Positions 27,588-37,813 of a stretch of DNA of 48,403 nt are shown piece by piece. The stretch spans positions 1-48,403 of the forward strand of contig JBKGZT010000002.1 in NCBI GenBank assembly GCA_046543235.1. Reading direction: 5' to 3'. This DNA comes from Candidatus Acetothermia bacterium. GTDB taxonomy: Bacteria; Bipolaricaulota; Bipolaricaulia; M55B111. Positions within the stretch are counted from its first letter, which is position 1. Each line of letters opens with the position of its first letter. The position numbers were made by a program, and so were the translations under genes. The notes beneath the pieces are model-generated. The model ran no database searches. It saw only the letters and a list, made by a program, of their open reading frames with translations, and had not been told where the DNA came from.

Positions 27588-28568
27588 TTATCGCACCCTG
27601 TTAAGAACCGCCCGGGCCATTTCGGTCGTATCCAGATCGCCGCCGAGGTCGGGAGTCGTCTCGCCCTCTTCGAGGGTCTTTTTCACTGCCTTTTCAAGTC
27701 TCCGGCCGAACTCCTCTTCCCCGAGGAAGTTCAGCATGTAACTCCCGGAGAGAATTGCCGCCGTCGGGTTCACGATACCCTTCCCCGCTATGTCCGGGGC
27801 CGTCCCGTGCACAGGTTCAAATAGACCGTTTTCGTCTCCTATATTTGCCGAAGGCGACAACCCCAACCCACCGATCAGTCCCGCAGCCAGGTCGGAGAGT
27901 ATATCCCCAAACAGGTTCGTAGTTAAAACGACTTCGAACCTCGCGGGATTCTTAACCATGTACAAAGCAGCGGCATCGACCAGGATGTCCTCGTATTCCA
28001 CTTCGTATTCCTCGGCGACTTCTTCAACGGCGGCCAGGAACTCTCCTCCGGTAACCGGTAGAACGTTGTTCTTGTGGATGGCACTAACCAGGGGCCTGTC
28101 CTCGGCTTCGGCGTAGTCAAAGGCATATTCCGCTATTCGGCTGCTCGCCCCCTTTGTTATCACCCTGGTAGCCGTCGTCACGCCCGCCGCGATTTCGTCC
28201 TCTATCCCCGAGTAAAGACATTCCGTATTCTCCCGGACGATGACGAAGTCGGCTTCCGGGTCCACGCATTCGACTCCCGGGTAGGCCTTAATCGGTCTCA
28301 GGTTTACGTAGGTATCCAGTTCCTGTCTCAACCTGATCACTACGTCGGCGGCCGTTTCGCCTACTGCTCCAAGCAGTACGGCATCGGCTTCTCGGGCTCC
28401 TTCCAGCGTTTCCTCAGGAAGTGGAGTACCTGTCTCCTCTTTCACCCCATCCCCGGCCGGAAACTCGTCAAATTCCAGATCCACCGGAAGCCCTTCCAGC
28501 ACCTCAACCGTCGCTCCGACTACCTCCGGTCCTACTCCATCTCCAGGTATTACTGCTACGTTCTTCAT
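27588..28568 (-). CDS. leuB: 3-isopropylmalate dehydrogenase
   Basis: Motifs: VIPGDGVGPEV, YVNLRP, VRENTECLYSG, NLFGDILSDLAAGLIGGLGL, VHGTAPDIAGKG. Sits between leuA and cimA. Confidence 0.85.
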   Translation of the reverse strand: MKNVAVIPGDGVGPEVVGATVEVLEGLPVDLEFDEFPAGDGVKEETGTPLPEETLEGAREADAVLLGAVGETAADVVIRLRQELDTYVNLRPIKAYPGVECVDPEADFVIVRENTECLYSGIEDEIAAGVTTATRVITKGASSRIAEYAFDYAEAEDRPLVSAIHKNNVLPVTGGEFLAAVEEVAEEYEVEYEDILVDAAALYMVKNPARFEVVLTTNLFGDILSDLAAGLIGGLGLSPSANIGDENGLFEPVHGTAPDIAGKGIVNPTAAILSGSYMLNFLGEEEFGRRLEKAVKKTLEEGETTPDLGGDLDTTEMARAVLNRVR

Positions 28569-28663
28569 GTTTTCACCTTATCTATCCTAAAACTTTTTTT
28601 GAAACTGATAATTTGACTCCCATTACTTTCTCCCCATATATATCATTACCGCGGTTATTCAAG

Positions 28664-30181
28664 TCAATTTCCCGGCCCCCGCTCGCTGTCGTCCTTCCTT
28701 GCCAGGTGGTTGACTGCGTTCAGCAGAGCCTCCACGCTCGCAATCACTATATCGTCGCCGGTCCCCCGGGCCTCGGCCGAAGTCCCCCTTTCGTCCTCCA
28801 GAGCGATCACGACGTTGGCAACCGCGTCGCTGCCGCCGGTGATCGCGTCGACCCTAAACTCCGAGACCTCTATCTCCTTCTCCTCGCCGGTTATCTTCTT
28901 CATGGCACGGAAAGCAGCGTCTACCGGTCCGACTCCGTTGCCGGATTCCGTCCTCTCTTTTCCGTTAACGCTGGCGGTAATCGTCGCCGTGGGCGTCGCG
29001 TTGTTCCCTGTCATTACGAATACCTGGTCAAGCTGGACCAGCTCTTCCCGGTCAGGACTCTCTAGTTCCGTCTCCGCTATAGCATACAGGTCGGCCTCAG
29101 AAAGCTTGTTGCCGTCGCTGCTCATCGATTTGACCTTTTTCAGGATGTGGGAGATCTCTTCGTCACTTGGTTCCAGCCCAGCTTCGGCGAGTACTTTCTT
29201 CAACCCGCTTCGTCCTGCGTGTTTCCCAACTATGAACCGCCTCCTGTGCCCGACGGTTTCGGGGTCCAGAAACTCCGGCTCAAACGTCCCCTCGTCCTCG
29301 ACCATTCCGGCCGCGTGAATACCGCTCTCGTGGGAAAAGGCGTTCCTACCAACGATAGGTTTGGTCGGAGGCAGCTGGGTCTCACTCAAACGCTCTACTA
29401 GCTTGGACGTCTGGAACAGGGACCCCGTCTCGATACCGGTAGTAACTCCTTCCATCCGTTCGAGGTTCATTACGGTTTCGTCGAGAGCGGCGTTGCCGGC
29501 CCGCTCCCCGATACCGTTTACAGTCACCTGTACTTGCCTCGCCCCAGCCTCAACGCCGGCAAGGGAATTCGCCAGGGCAAGTCCGTAATCGTTGTGACAG
29601 TGGACGCTCAAAGGCACGTCGACTTCCCCGGCCACGTCGGAAACCATCTCTTCTACCTCGTCCGGCCAGGCAACGCCGACCGTATCGGGCAGGTTTATGG
29701 TTCCCGCCCCGGCGTCCTTTACGGCCCGGCTCATCTGGAGCAGGAAGTCCTTATCCGTCCTGGTCGCGTCCATCGGGCTAAAGATACAGTCCTTGCCCTC
29801 CTCTTTGACCCTTTCGACCGTCCGAACGGAAGCTTCCAGGACCTCCTTCCGCGTCATCCCCATGCTTTTTTTCATCTGGATTTCCGAGGTGGAGGCAAAG
29901 AGGTGAACGATATCGACGCCGGCCTCAAAAGCGGGCTCCAGGTCCCTTTCCTTGACCCTGGCAAGTCCGCAGACCGGGGTGTCGACCTCTCCGGAAATTT
30001 CCGAGACGGAACGGGCTTCTTCCTCCGAGCTGGCGGGGAATCCAGCCTCGATGACGTCTACCCCCAGCTCGTCAAGCTGCCTGGCTATCTCTAGTTTTTC
30101 GCCATGGGTGAAACCCAGCCCGGGAGTCTGCTCTCCGTCCCTTAAGGTGGTATCAAATATTTCTACGGTTCTTTCTGCCAT
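28664..30181 (-). CDS. leuA: 2-isopropylmalate synthase
   Basis: Motifs: DTTLRDGEQTPG, IEAGFPASS, HCHNDYGLALAN, NGIGERAGNAAL, HESGIH. Has a C-terminal LeuA allosteric domain. 505 aa. Confidence 0.9.
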   Translation of the reverse strand: MAERTVEIFDTTLRDGEQTPGLGFTHGEKLEIARQLDELGVDVIEAGFPASSEEEARSVSEISGEVDTPVCGLARVKERDLEPAFEAGVDIVHLFASTSEIQMKKSMGMTRKEVLEASVRTVERVKEEGKDCIFSPMDATRTDKDFLLQMSRAVKDAGAGTINLPDTVGVAWPDEVEEMVSDVAGEVDVPLSVHCHNDYGLALANSLAGVEAGARQVQVTVNGIGERAGNAALDETVMNLERMEGVTTGIETGSLFQTSKLVERLSETQLPPTKPIVGRNAFSHESGIHAAGMVEDEGTFEPEFLDPETVGHRRRFIVGKHAGRSGLKKVLAEAGLEPSDEEISHILKKVKSMSSDGNKLSEADLYAIAETELESPDREELVQLDQVFVMTGNNATPTATITASVNGKERTESGNGVGPVDAAFRAMKKITGEEKEIEVSEFRVDAITGGSDAVANVVIALEDERGTSAEARGTGDDIVIASVEALLNAVNHLARKDDSERGPGN

Positions 30182-30188
30182 TTTGGTC

Positions 30189-31175
30189 CTATCTGGTGAT
30201 CAGTTCTCGGAGCCTGCGACCGACTTCCTCTATCTCGTGTTTTTCGTCGGCTTCCTGCAGCCTGGAAAACTGCGGTCTATTTGCCTGGTTTTCGCTGATC
30301 CATTCCCTGGCAAACTCCCCGGACTGGATCTCTTCCAGCAGCTCCTTCATCGCCTGGCGACTTTCTTCGCCGATTACCCTCTCACCCCGAGTCAAATCGC
30401 CGTACTCAGCGGTATCGCTTATCGAACGGCGCATCTCCGTCAGTCCACCTTCATAAATCAGATCGACTATCAGCTTCAACTCGTTTAGCACTTCGAAATA
30501 CGCGATTTCCGGCTGATATCCCTCTTCAGTAAGCGTCTCGAACCCGGCCTTGATCAGCTCCGTCACTCCCCCGCAGAGGACCGCCTGCTCCCCAAAGAGG
30601 TCCGTCTCAGTCTCCTCCTTGAAGGTCGTGAGAATGACGCCCGCTCGGGTCGCACCAAGACCGTGGGCATAGGCGAGTCCGGTTCCCTTTGATTCACCCG
30701 TATAATCCTGATAAATCGCCAGAAGGGCCGGTACTCCTTCCCCCTGGGTGTAAACTCTCCTGACCAGGTTGCCAGGACCCTTTGGCGCGACCATGACCAC
30801 GTCGACGTCCTCCGGGGGTTGGATCTGGTTATAATGGACGTTAAAACCATGAGAGAAGAAGAGGGCGTCGCCGGGATCCAGGTGGTCTTCGATTTTAGTC
30901 TCGTAGACTTCCGGCTGGACGTTGTCCGGTATCAAAATCTGGACTATGTCACCCTTTTCCGCCGCTTCTTCTATCCCCGCTACTTCCAGCCCGTCCTCCT
31001 CGGCGACCTTTCTGGAAGAGCTACCTTCCCGGAGACCAACCAGAACGTCGTAGCCACTATCCTTCAGGTTCTGAGCCTGTCCTCGCCCCTGGCTCCCGTA
31101 GCCGATAATCGCTATGGTCTTCTCCTCGATGTAATCTTCCTCAACGTCTTCCGAATAATATACTGTAGCTGACAT
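30189..31175 (-). CDS. ilvC: Ketol-acid reductoisomerase (class I)
   Basis: Motifs: [41 protein letters not shown]. Confidence 0.95.
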   Translation of the reverse strand: MSATVYYSEDVEEDYIEEKTIAIIGYGSQGRGQAQNLKDSGYDVLVGLREGSSSRKVAEEDGLEVAGIEEAAEKGDIVQILIPDNVQPEVYETKIEDHLDPGDALFFSHGFNVHYNQIQPPEDVDVVMVAPKGPGNLVRRVYTQGEGVPALLAIYQDYTGESKGTGLAYAHGLGATRAGVILTTFKEETETDLFGEQAVLCGGVTELIKAGFETLTEEGYQPEIAYFEVLNELKLIVDLIYEGGLTEMRRSISDTAEYGDLTRGERVIGEESRQAMKELLEEIQSGEFAREWISENQANRPQFSRLQEADEKHEIEEVGRRLRELITR

Positions 31176-31194
31176 TCTAACCCTTTATCCTCCT

Positions 31195-31695
31195 TTATTC
31201 TTTCTTCTTAGCCCTTTCCAGCACTACTCTTCCCGTTCGAGACATCTCTTCTATTCCAAACTCCTCCAGTAGGTCCTCCAGAGCCTCGACCTTATCTGCG
31301 CCTCCGGTTGCTTCCACGATCAAGTAATCCTTACCCACGTCGGCCACCTTCGCCCGAAATATGTCGGCCAGCTCGATTATTTCGCTCCGGCTATCCTTAT
31401 CCGCCCGCACTTTGATCAGAGATAGTTCCCTTTCAACGTGGGCGGTCTCGGAAAGGTCCTTGACGGAAACAACGTCCACTTGCTTGTTAAGCTGTTTAAC
31501 TACCTGATCGAGGACGCCCTTGTCCCCCTTCACCACGATCGACATACGCGAGTACTTCGGATCCTTGGTTTCGCCGACGGCAAGGCTATCTATATTGAAG
31601 CCCCGCCGGGCAAAAAGGCCGGACAACCGTGAAAGCACTCCACTCTTGTTTTTGACCAGGGCCGTCAGCGGATGAAGCTGTTCTCCATTAGGCAT
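31195..31695 (-). CDS. ilvN: Acetolactate synthase small (regulatory, ACT) subunit
   Basis: HPLTALVKNKSGVLSRLSGLFARRGFNIDSLAVGET is an ACT-domain signature. I start it at ATG 31695, an 8 nt overlap with the ilvB stop, rather than the track start at 31770. Confidence 0.9.
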   Translation of the reverse strand: MPNGEQLHPLTALVKNKSGVLSRLSGLFARRGFNIDSLAVGETKDPKYSRMSIVVKGDKGVLDQVVKQLNKQVDVVSVKDLSETAHVERELSLIKVRADKDSRSEIIELADIFRAKVADVGKDYLIVEATGGADKVEALEDLLEEFGIEEMSRTGRVVLERAKKKE

Positions 31696-33472
31696 CGTTT
31701 TCACCCAAAATGAAGTCCTCGTTTGCCGCGCCGGCCGGTACCATCGGGAACACGTTCTCCTCTTCCGCAACGAAACATTCGACGACGGAGGGGCCGGACC
31801 CGTAATTCAGACCTTCCTCCAACCCCGCAACGAGGTCGTCTTCGCTCGCTATCTTGACGCCCTTACCACCGTAAGCTTCTGCTACTTCTGCGAGAGAGGG
31901 AGTGCCTTCGTCTATCAAAGTTTCGACCAGCCTGTTGTCGAAGAATAGCTGCTGCCACTGCCGGACCATTCCAAGGGAACCGTTTCTGAGAACTACCACG
32001 GTTATCGGAAGCTTTTCCCTTACCGCCGTGGTCAGCTCCTGGATGTTCATCTGAAAGGACCCATCCCCGGTTATTGATATCACGGGCCTGTCGGGTGCAG
32101 CTATCTGGGCCCCGATCGCCGCCGGGAAGCCGAATCCCATCGTCCCCAGACCCCCGCTGGTAATAAGCTGCTCCGGGCGGGAAAACCCGTAACCCTGGGC
32201 CACCCACATCTGATGCTGACCGACTCCGGTGGTCACAATCGTATCTTCGCCCGTCAGCTCGTTTAACGCCCCTACGACCTCCTGTGGCTTCAGGACGGCG
32301 TCATCGACTTCGGACTCCGGAGAGTACTTATCAAACCAACCCTTGATTTCCCGCCACCAGCCTTCTGGCGGGTTGTAACTATCGTCCACACGGTCTTTTA
32401 GGTCACGCATGACGCGCTTTGCGTCTCCCACGACCGGGTAATCCGGTTCGATGATCTTTCCCATCTCCGCCGGATCTATGTCGACGTGAGCGACCTCCGC
32501 GTTCGGAGCGAAGTTCTCCACGTCGCCGGTAATTCTGTCGTCTAACCTGGTGCCTACTGCCAGTAAAAGGTCCGCCTTGGCGATCGCCTTATTGGCCGGG
32601 CCGGAACCGTGCATACCTACCATACCAATAAAGTGAGGATCTCTGGTATCCACGCTTCCCAGCCCCATCAACGAACTCGCGACGGGTAATTCATACTCCC
32701 GGATCAGTTCGGACAGTTCCCGGCTGGCGTCGGCATGGGCGACCCCTCCTCCAACCAAAAGTACCGGCCTTTCAGCCGCCGTCAGTGCCTCGACCAGCTC
32801 TGAGACGTCGCTTTCGTCAAAACCAGGATCGAATTCGTACCCCTCGAACTCATCGACGTCCAGTTCTCCTTCCGGCCACGTCATTTCTCCCTGCTGAACG
32901 TCCTTCGGTAAGTCAATCATGATAGGGCCGGGGCGTCCGGAGTTAGCCAGGTGGAAACCCTCCTTTATCGTGTAAGGTATCTCCGAAGGATCCATCACGA
33001 GGTAATTGTGCTTCGTGATCGGATCGCTCATCCCACGGACGTCGACCTCCTGAAAGGAATCCTGACCGATTAGCGAGGTAGCAACCTGCCCCGTGAAGCC
33101 CACCACGGGCGAGGAATCCATGTAAGCGTTCGCTATCCCGGTCATCAGGTTCGAGGCACCCGGGCCGCTGGTTGCGAAAACCACTCCCGGCTCGCCCTTT
33201 ACCCTCGCGTAAGCATCTGCCGCGTGTGCCGCGCCCTGCTCGTGCGTGGCCGTGACGTGTCTGATCTGCTCGGACTTGCCCAGCTCATCGTAGATCGGCA
33301 TGATTGCTCCGCCGATTATACCGAAGACGGTTTCGACACCCTCTTCTTCTATTCCCTTAATTACGGCTCTTGCTCCCGTCATTTTTCGTTCGCTCTTGAA
33401 TTTAGAGACTTCATCTTCAGTACTTCTCTTCTTCGTCCCTACCCCTTTATCTTCTTCCGGCGATCGAGACAT
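31688..33472 (-). CDS. ilvB: Acetolactate synthase large (catalytic, ThDP) subunit
   Basis: Motifs: GARAVIKGIEEEGVETVFGIIGGAIMPIYD; a ThDP motif GDGSFQMNIQEL...N. ATG 33472 overlaps the ilvD stop (ATGA) but adds a ~30 aa basic/acidic leader. ATG 33382 (MTGARAV) is the conventional alternative. Confidence 0.9.
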   Translation of the reverse strand: MSRSPEEDKGVGTKKRSTEDEVSKFKSERKMTGARAVIKGIEEEGVETVFGIIGGAIMPIYDELGKSEQIRHVTATHEQGAAHAADAYARVKGEPGVVFATSGPGASNLMTGIANAYMDSSPVVGFTGQVATSLIGQDSFQEVDVRGMSDPITKHNYLVMDPSEIPYTIKEGFHLANSGRPGPIMIDLPKDVQQGEMTWPEGELDVDEFEGYEFDPGFDESDVSELVEALTAAERPVLLVGGGVAHADASRELSELIREYELPVASSLMGLGSVDTRDPHFIGMVGMHGSGPANKAIAKADLLLAVGTRLDDRITGDVENFAPNAEVAHVDIDPAEMGKIIEPDYPVVGDAKRVMRDLKDRVDDSYNPPEGWWREIKGWFDKYSPESEVDDAVLKPQEVVGALNELTGEDTIVTTGVGQHQMWVAQGYGFSRPEQLITSGGLGTMGFGFPAAIGAQIAAPDRPVISITGDGSFQMNIQELTTAVREKLPITVVVLRNGSLGMVRQWQQLFFDNRLVETLIDEGTPSLAEVAEAYGGKGVKIASEDDLVAGLEEGLNYGSGPSVVECFVAEEENVFPMVPAGAANEDFILGENDA

Positions 33473-35160
33473 CAGTTATCTCCTCCGTTTGAATCAATTG
33501 GCTCAAGTATCGCGCCCTTATCAGCACCGGAGACCAGTTTCGAATACCTGGCTAGAAACTTCCTGCCGTGAGCGTCCAATGCTTTATCCTCTTCTTTCCC
33601 GGCTCCCCTTTCTTCAAGTTCTTCGTCGGAAACCTTCAGGTTCAGCTCACCTTTCGGGATATTAATCTCTATTCCGTCTCCCTCCCGTACCAGGGATATC
33701 GGTCCTCCGGCGGCAGCTTCGGGCGCCACGTGGCCAACGGCTGCACCACGTGTAGCTCCGCTAAACCTTCCATCCGTGACCAGGGCCACCTTACCTGCAA
33801 GCTCGCCCCCGCTGATCCTGCTTGTGGGGGTCAGCATTTCCCTCATCCCGGGTCCTCCCTTCGGCCCCTCGTACCTTATCACCACTACGTCTCCGGGGTT
33901 GATTTTTCCCCTATCGATTGCTTCCACCGATTCTTCCTCCGAATCGAAAACCCTGGCCGGTCCTTCGTGCTGCATCATCTCTTCAGTTACGGCCGTCCTT
34001 TTCACTATCGCTCCGCCCGGTGCAAGGCTCCCGCGTAGCACGGCAATCGATCCCTGGTCGTGAACGGGGTTCCCCGCCTCTTTGACGACGTTTCTATTCA
34101 CGTCTCCACCTTCCGTCTCCAGCCGGGCTTTTAAGATTCCCCCCTCTACAACCGGTACGTCTTCATCCAGGTCCTCCTTCATTGTCCTCATGACTCCGGG
34201 GATACCGCCAGCGCTGTGTAGATCATCCACGCCATGCGGTCCGGCCGGACTCATGCTGGCAAGGTGGGGAGTGCTCTCCCCGATTTCTTCTATGTCATAA
34301 AGATCAAACGCGACATCCGCTTCCCGGGCAAACGCAAGGGCATGGAGGACCATGTTCGTCGAGCCTCCGAGAGCCATACCAACTTTGAGTCCGTTGCGGA
34401 AACTCTTAACGCTCAACAAGTCGCTCAGCCTTCTTTCCTCCAGAACCGCTTCGGCTATCGTTTGACCGCTTTCTTTGGCCATGTTTCTCCGTAGGGTCGA
34501 ACGGGACGGTGCCGTCCCAGAGTAAGGAAGGCTTAACCCCATGGCTTCGGTAATGGCGCCCATCGTATTTGCCGTAAACATGCCGGCGCATGAACCTGCT
34601 CCCGGGCAGGCGTTTTTCTCCAGTTCAAGCAGTTCCTCTTCCTCCATTTCTCCTTCCTTGACCCTGGAAACTGCTTCAAATACGCTGGAAAGATCGACCC
34701 TCTCGCCTCGAAAACAGCCCGATTCCATCGGGCCACCGGTGACGACGATCGCTGGGATGCCCAGCCTTGCCGCTCCGAGCAGCATACCGGGGAGAATCTT
34801 GTCACAGGAAGCCATTAAAACCAGCCCGTCAAACTGGTGGGCGAAGCCCTCTATCTCCACGGAATCGGCAATGATTTCCCGTGACGGTAGCGAAGCAAAC
34901 ATTCCTTCGTGCCCCATCGCTATCCCGTCGTCGACGGCAATGGTGTTGAACTCCACGGGAGTTCCGCCACCCTGACGTACCCCCTGTTTTACCGATTTCG
35001 CCAGCTCGTCCAGGTGGACATGTCCCGGAACGAACTCGTTGTAGGAGTTGGCGATCCCTATGATTGGCTTATCTATGTCACTCCCCGAAAGGCCGGCGGC
35101 CCGCATTAGAGATCTATGCGGGGCCCTGTCCTTGCCACGCTTTATACTGTCACTTCTCAC
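33472..35160 (-). CDS. ilvD: Dihydroxy-acid dehydratase
   Basis: Motifs: [41 protein letters not shown]. Start placed at GTG 35160 (VRSDSIKRG), which overlaps the upstream ORF stop (GTGA). The track start at 35238 adds a non-conserved extension. Confidence 0.95.
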   Translation of the reverse strand: MRSDSIKRGKDRAPHRSLMRAAGLSGSDIDKPIIGIANSYNEFVPGHVHLDELAKSVKQGVRQGGGTPVEFNTIAVDDGIAMGHEGMFASLPSREIIADSVEIEGFAHQFDGLVLMASCDKILPGMLLGAARLGIPAIVVTGGPMESGCFRGERVDLSSVFEAVSRVKEGEMEEEELLELEKNACPGAGSCAGMFTANTMGAITEAMGLSLPYSGTAPSRSTLRRNMAKESGQTIAEAVLEERRLSDLLSVKSFRNGLKVGMALGGSTNMVLHALAFAREADVAFDLYDIEEIGESTPHLASMSPAGPHGVDDLHSAGGIPGVMRTMKEDLDEDVPVVEGGILKARLETEGGDVNRNVVKEAGNPVHDQGSIAVLRGSLAPGGAIVKRTAVTEEMMQHEGPARVFDSEEESVEAIDRGKINPGDVVVIRYEGPKGGPGMREMLTPTSRISGGELAGKVALVTDGRFSGATRGAAVGHVAPEAAAGGPISLVREGDGIEINIPKGELNLKVSDEELEERGAGKEEDKALDAHGRKFLARYSKLVSGADKGAILEPIDSNGGDN

Positions 35161-35414
35161 TTGCGCCCCTTTCTTCCGGCAGGTCTGCTCATACCTGTTA
35201 CTCCCGAATCCAGCTTGACCAGCCGAGAATAATTGCACCCGCTTTCTTCACAAACCTCGCGCTCCAGCGGAGGGGAAGGAAAGCTTGCTGCGGCCTGCCT
35301 GACTGACGCAACCATCTTTCCTCCGCACTGAGGGCACCTGTTGTCGACTAAAAGGTTTGACCTGGTCGCTTTTTCGTCGGTAGCCGTCCTTTCCTCTTGA
35401 ATGCTCTTTTGCAT
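35157..35414 (-). CDS. Small (85 aa) putative zinc-ribbon protein of unknown function, first ORF of the ilv/leu operon
   Basis: GGAGG RBS 9 nt upstream of ATG 35414. CPQCGG ... CEESGC four-Cys arrangement and a basic tail GRKGRK. Its TGA stop overlaps the ilvD GTG start (GTGA). I recognise no family. Confidence 0.4.
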   Translation of the reverse strand: MQKSIQEERTATDEKATRSNLLVDNRCPQCGGKMVASVRQAAASFPSPPLEREVCEESGCNYSRLVKLDSGVTGMSRPAGRKGRK

Positions 35415-35529
35415 AGTAATCGCCTCCAAAAAATTGGGTAAGTTGTAAAGCAGATATCGGACTTCTTAGCCGAGATTTTTGAAGCTGAAATTATGAAATT
35501 GGTGTTGTGCTACGGAAGTGTTTTTGCCC

Positions 35530-35676
35530 CTAAAGGGGCAGAATAACGACTAGGGAAAGGATCAAAGAGACGGATAGGACAACTAAGCCGGAAGTGAGAA
35601 AGGTCGAAAAACCAGAATCTCCCGTGCTTGTTGCTGCCCACTTTGCTGCAGAATCATAGGTAGTTCTCTTTGACAT
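35530..35676 (-). CDS. Possible 48 aa single-pass membrane peptide
   Basis: ATG 35676 with GGTGA 8 nt upstream. Translation: MSKRTTYDSAAKWAATSTGDSGFSTFLTSGLVVLSVSLILSLVVILPL. The C-terminus is hydrophobic. The stop sits in the loop of a GCCCC/GGGGC hairpin. Weak evidence only. Confidence 0.2.
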   Translation of the reverse strand: MSKRTTYDSAAKWAATSTGDSGFSTFLTSGLVVLSVSLILSLVVILPL

Positions 35677-35788
35677 CTTTTATTTCACCCTGACTTTCAA
35701 GGATTCTAGTCGACCCCGAGGGTAATGTCAAGGGGGAGGTTTGATTTTCGGTACATTCTAAACCGATTTTGGATAATAGCTTGAAAAT

Positions 35789-36643
35789 CTAAATTCTATT
35801 CCCCGAAGGATAGGAACCGAGGACCTCCACCCGGGGTACGACGTTTTTCAGCTCTTCAAGAGCCGACCTCGCCGGCTCTTCCTCGCTATAACCCTCCAGC
35901 TCCAGGTCAAAATGATACTCCCAGCTTCCGGAGTCAGTCGGCCTCGACTGAATCAAAGTCAGGTTAATCCCTTTCTCTGCAAAGGGAGCAAGACAATCGT
36001 AGAGCGAACCGGGGGAGTCACCCAGTTCGAAGGTAATGGTGGTCTTGTAGTCGACATCTTTTATCCTTTCGCGACGAGGCTCGGAGGATACAATCAAGAA
36101 ACGGGTCCGGTTGTTCTCTCTAGTCTGCACGTCCTCCCGCAATATATCCAGACCGTATTTTTCTCCTGCAAACCTGCTCGCGATCGCAGCTATCGCCGGT
36201 TCCCCTTTCTCTCGGACCATTTTTGCGGACCCGGCAGTATCGTAAGTGGCGTGGGTATCCACGCCGAGCTCGGTCAAGAAATCCCGGCATTGCTTTAGGG
36301 CCTGAGGATGCGAGTAGACTCTTTTCACCTCTCCGAGATCAGTTCCAGGAACTCCCAACAGGGAATGCCTGACCCGGAGATATACCTCACCCCTCACGTA
36401 GACGCCGCCCTGGCTAATTAACTTATAAGCACTATCCACGTAGCCGCCGACGGAGTTTTCTACCGGGATTATTCCTCGTTTGGCCCTTCCCTTTTCAACC
36501 GAACGGATTACTTCTTCCAGCGAGTCAAAAGAGGTTCCTCCGGCTTCGACATCCCGCCTGTCGTAATATTTACGAAGGGCCTGCTCGCTGTAAGCCCCGG
36601 GTTCTCCCTGGAAGGCTACTGAAACTCTCTCTTTATCCATCAT
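35789..36643 (-). CDS. pheA: Prephenate dehydratase (PDT plus ACT domain)
   Basis: Motifs: VAFQGEPGAYSEQA, TRFLIV, and a C-terminal ACT domain (GSLYDCLAPFAEKGINLTLIQSRP). Start set at ATG 36643; the track TTG 36673 adds 10 aa. Confidence 0.85.
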   Translation of the reverse strand: MMDKERVSVAFQGEPGAYSEQALRKYYDRRDVEAGGTSFDSLEEVIRSVEKGRAKRGIIPVENSVGGYVDSAYKLISQGGVYVRGEVYLRVRHSLLGVPGTDLGEVKRVYSHPQALKQCRDFLTELGVDTHATYDTAGSAKMVREKGEPAIAAIASRFAGEKYGLDILREDVQTRENNRTRFLIVSSEPRRERIKDVDYKTTITFELGDSPGSLYDCLAPFAEKGINLTLIQSRPTDSGSWEYHFDLELEGYSEEEPARSALEELKNVVPRVEVLGSYPSGNRI

Positions 36644-36825
36644 CTCCGCCTGGCAACTACTTTCTAATCTCAATAACGAAAGCTACCCCGCCAAAAGGCG
36701 AGGTAGTTAAAAGCTTGGCCATCACTCGCCGAACCAGGACCCCGAATCAATCCTTTCCAATACCCCGGTCCCCGACCTCCGAGTCCCTGGCCCAGAACCC
36801 TGTTCCCCTGCAGAACAAGGGAACC

Positions 36826-37335
36826 TTACGTGTTCATCCAGCCCCAGACTTCTCCTTCCTGTTCCGACATCCAGCGGTCGTGATCGGTGAGGTAGTAAAA
36901 GACGTTCTGTAGGGTTTCGTAATGTTTGTCCTCTTCCTTCGTCAGGGCCTGGAAAAACTCCTTTTCTTCTTCGTCCTCGGTCTCCTCGGCCAGGTCCTTG
37001 TAGAGTTTGGCCAGCTTCGACTCGAGTTCGATAGCGTGATCGTAGACGTCTGATTTTTCTTCCTTCCAGCCTTCCTTTTCGCTGGCCGAAAACTCGTCGA
37101 ATATTTCCCTGGTCTCCTGTTCTATATCCAGATCTATGTACTTTACGTTTTCAACGGATTTTCCTTCCGCGATATTATTAATCGCCTCTATATGTTCAAG
37201 CTCCCTGTCGGCCAGTTTTTCCAGAACTGATTGGACGAAGGGGTTATCCGTCTCGTCAGCGTGTTCGACGTAGTAGTCATGCCCTTCCTGTTCCAATTCG
37301 ATCGCAAATTCTAAAGAATCTTTGCTTATCACCAT
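36826..37335 (-). CDS. Rubrerythrin/ferritin-like diiron four-helix-bundle protein (no rubredoxin domain)
   Basis: Repeated E...ExxH-type motifs (ELEQEGHDYY, RELEHIEA, ELESKLAKLY, EEDKHYETL) spaced as in erythrin/rubrerythrin N-domains. Confidence 0.65.
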   Translation of the reverse strand: MVISKDSLEFAIELEQEGHDYYVEHADETDNPFVQSVLEKLADRELEHIEAINNIAEGKSVENVKYIDLDIEQETREIFDEFSASEKEGWKEEKSDVYDHAIELESKLAKLYKDLAEETEDEEEKEFFQALTKEEDKHYETLQNVFYYLTDHDRWMSEQEGEVWGWMNT

Positions 37336-37813
37336 CTTATACCTCCTGTGATCTCCTTTGGGCTGTTTCTGTCATAAAACTTTGGCTAATCCAGCAATTA
37401 CTGAAGATTATATTAAAACTCCTTGTAAAAAAGTATATTGGACGTAAAACCATTCGCAAGGCGTACTCTTTTCTAAAACCAATTCTCGACCAAGGATTCT
37501 CATGAGCACTATCAAATACCGCTAGTATCCGGCTTTTTTCGCAACGTAGTTCCGAGGTTTAACCCGGAGGCGATTTCACCGGGTTGAAATAACTAATAGG
37601 ATGGGTTATTTTCTATTTCAAGATGCTTTATTCACGGGAAAATGCGGAAAACCTTCTCGCCGTTGCGTCCGAAAAACATCATCGGAGATGTCCCATGCAT
37701 CTCCATTTCCTCACCTAACTCACCTTTTCAGAACTTTCAACTTTTTACCAAGTTCTTTTAGTTAGTCCATATTAAATAGTGTAGTCCTTTTATTATCGGT
37801 ACCGGAGGTAGAG

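Noticed and set aside
28421-30094. Several 180-214 aa plus-strand ORFs (28421-29065, 28710-29318, 29534-30094)
   Set aside because: All are antisense to leuB or leuA. Their Ser/Pro/Arg-rich translations have no recognisable motifs. They are shadow ORFs.
31696-31770. N-terminal 25 aa extension of ilvN in the ORF track
   Set aside because: It overlaps the ilvB 3' end. ATG 31695 gives a normal ACT-subunit N-terminus with the usual 8 nt overlap.
35161-35238. N-terminal 26 aa extension of ilvD in the ORF track
   Set aside because: It is not conserved in IlvD. GTG 35160 gives the canonical (M)RSDSIKRG start and couples to the upstream ORF stop.
35521-35545. GCCCC taaa GGGGC hairpin considered as a terminator
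   Set aside because: The T-run precedes rather than follows the stem on the plus strand, and an A-run follows it on the minus strand. It is not a canonical intrinsic terminator in either orientation.
37623-37718. 31-codon ORF upstream of hisZ containing four His codons (..EKHHRRCPMHLHF..), overlapping a GGAGATG/CATCTCC hairpin; considered as a his attenuator leader peptide
   Set aside because: It has no RBS. The His codons are not a consecutive run as in enterobacterial leaders. No terminator with a U-tract follows. No T-box motifs were seen either.
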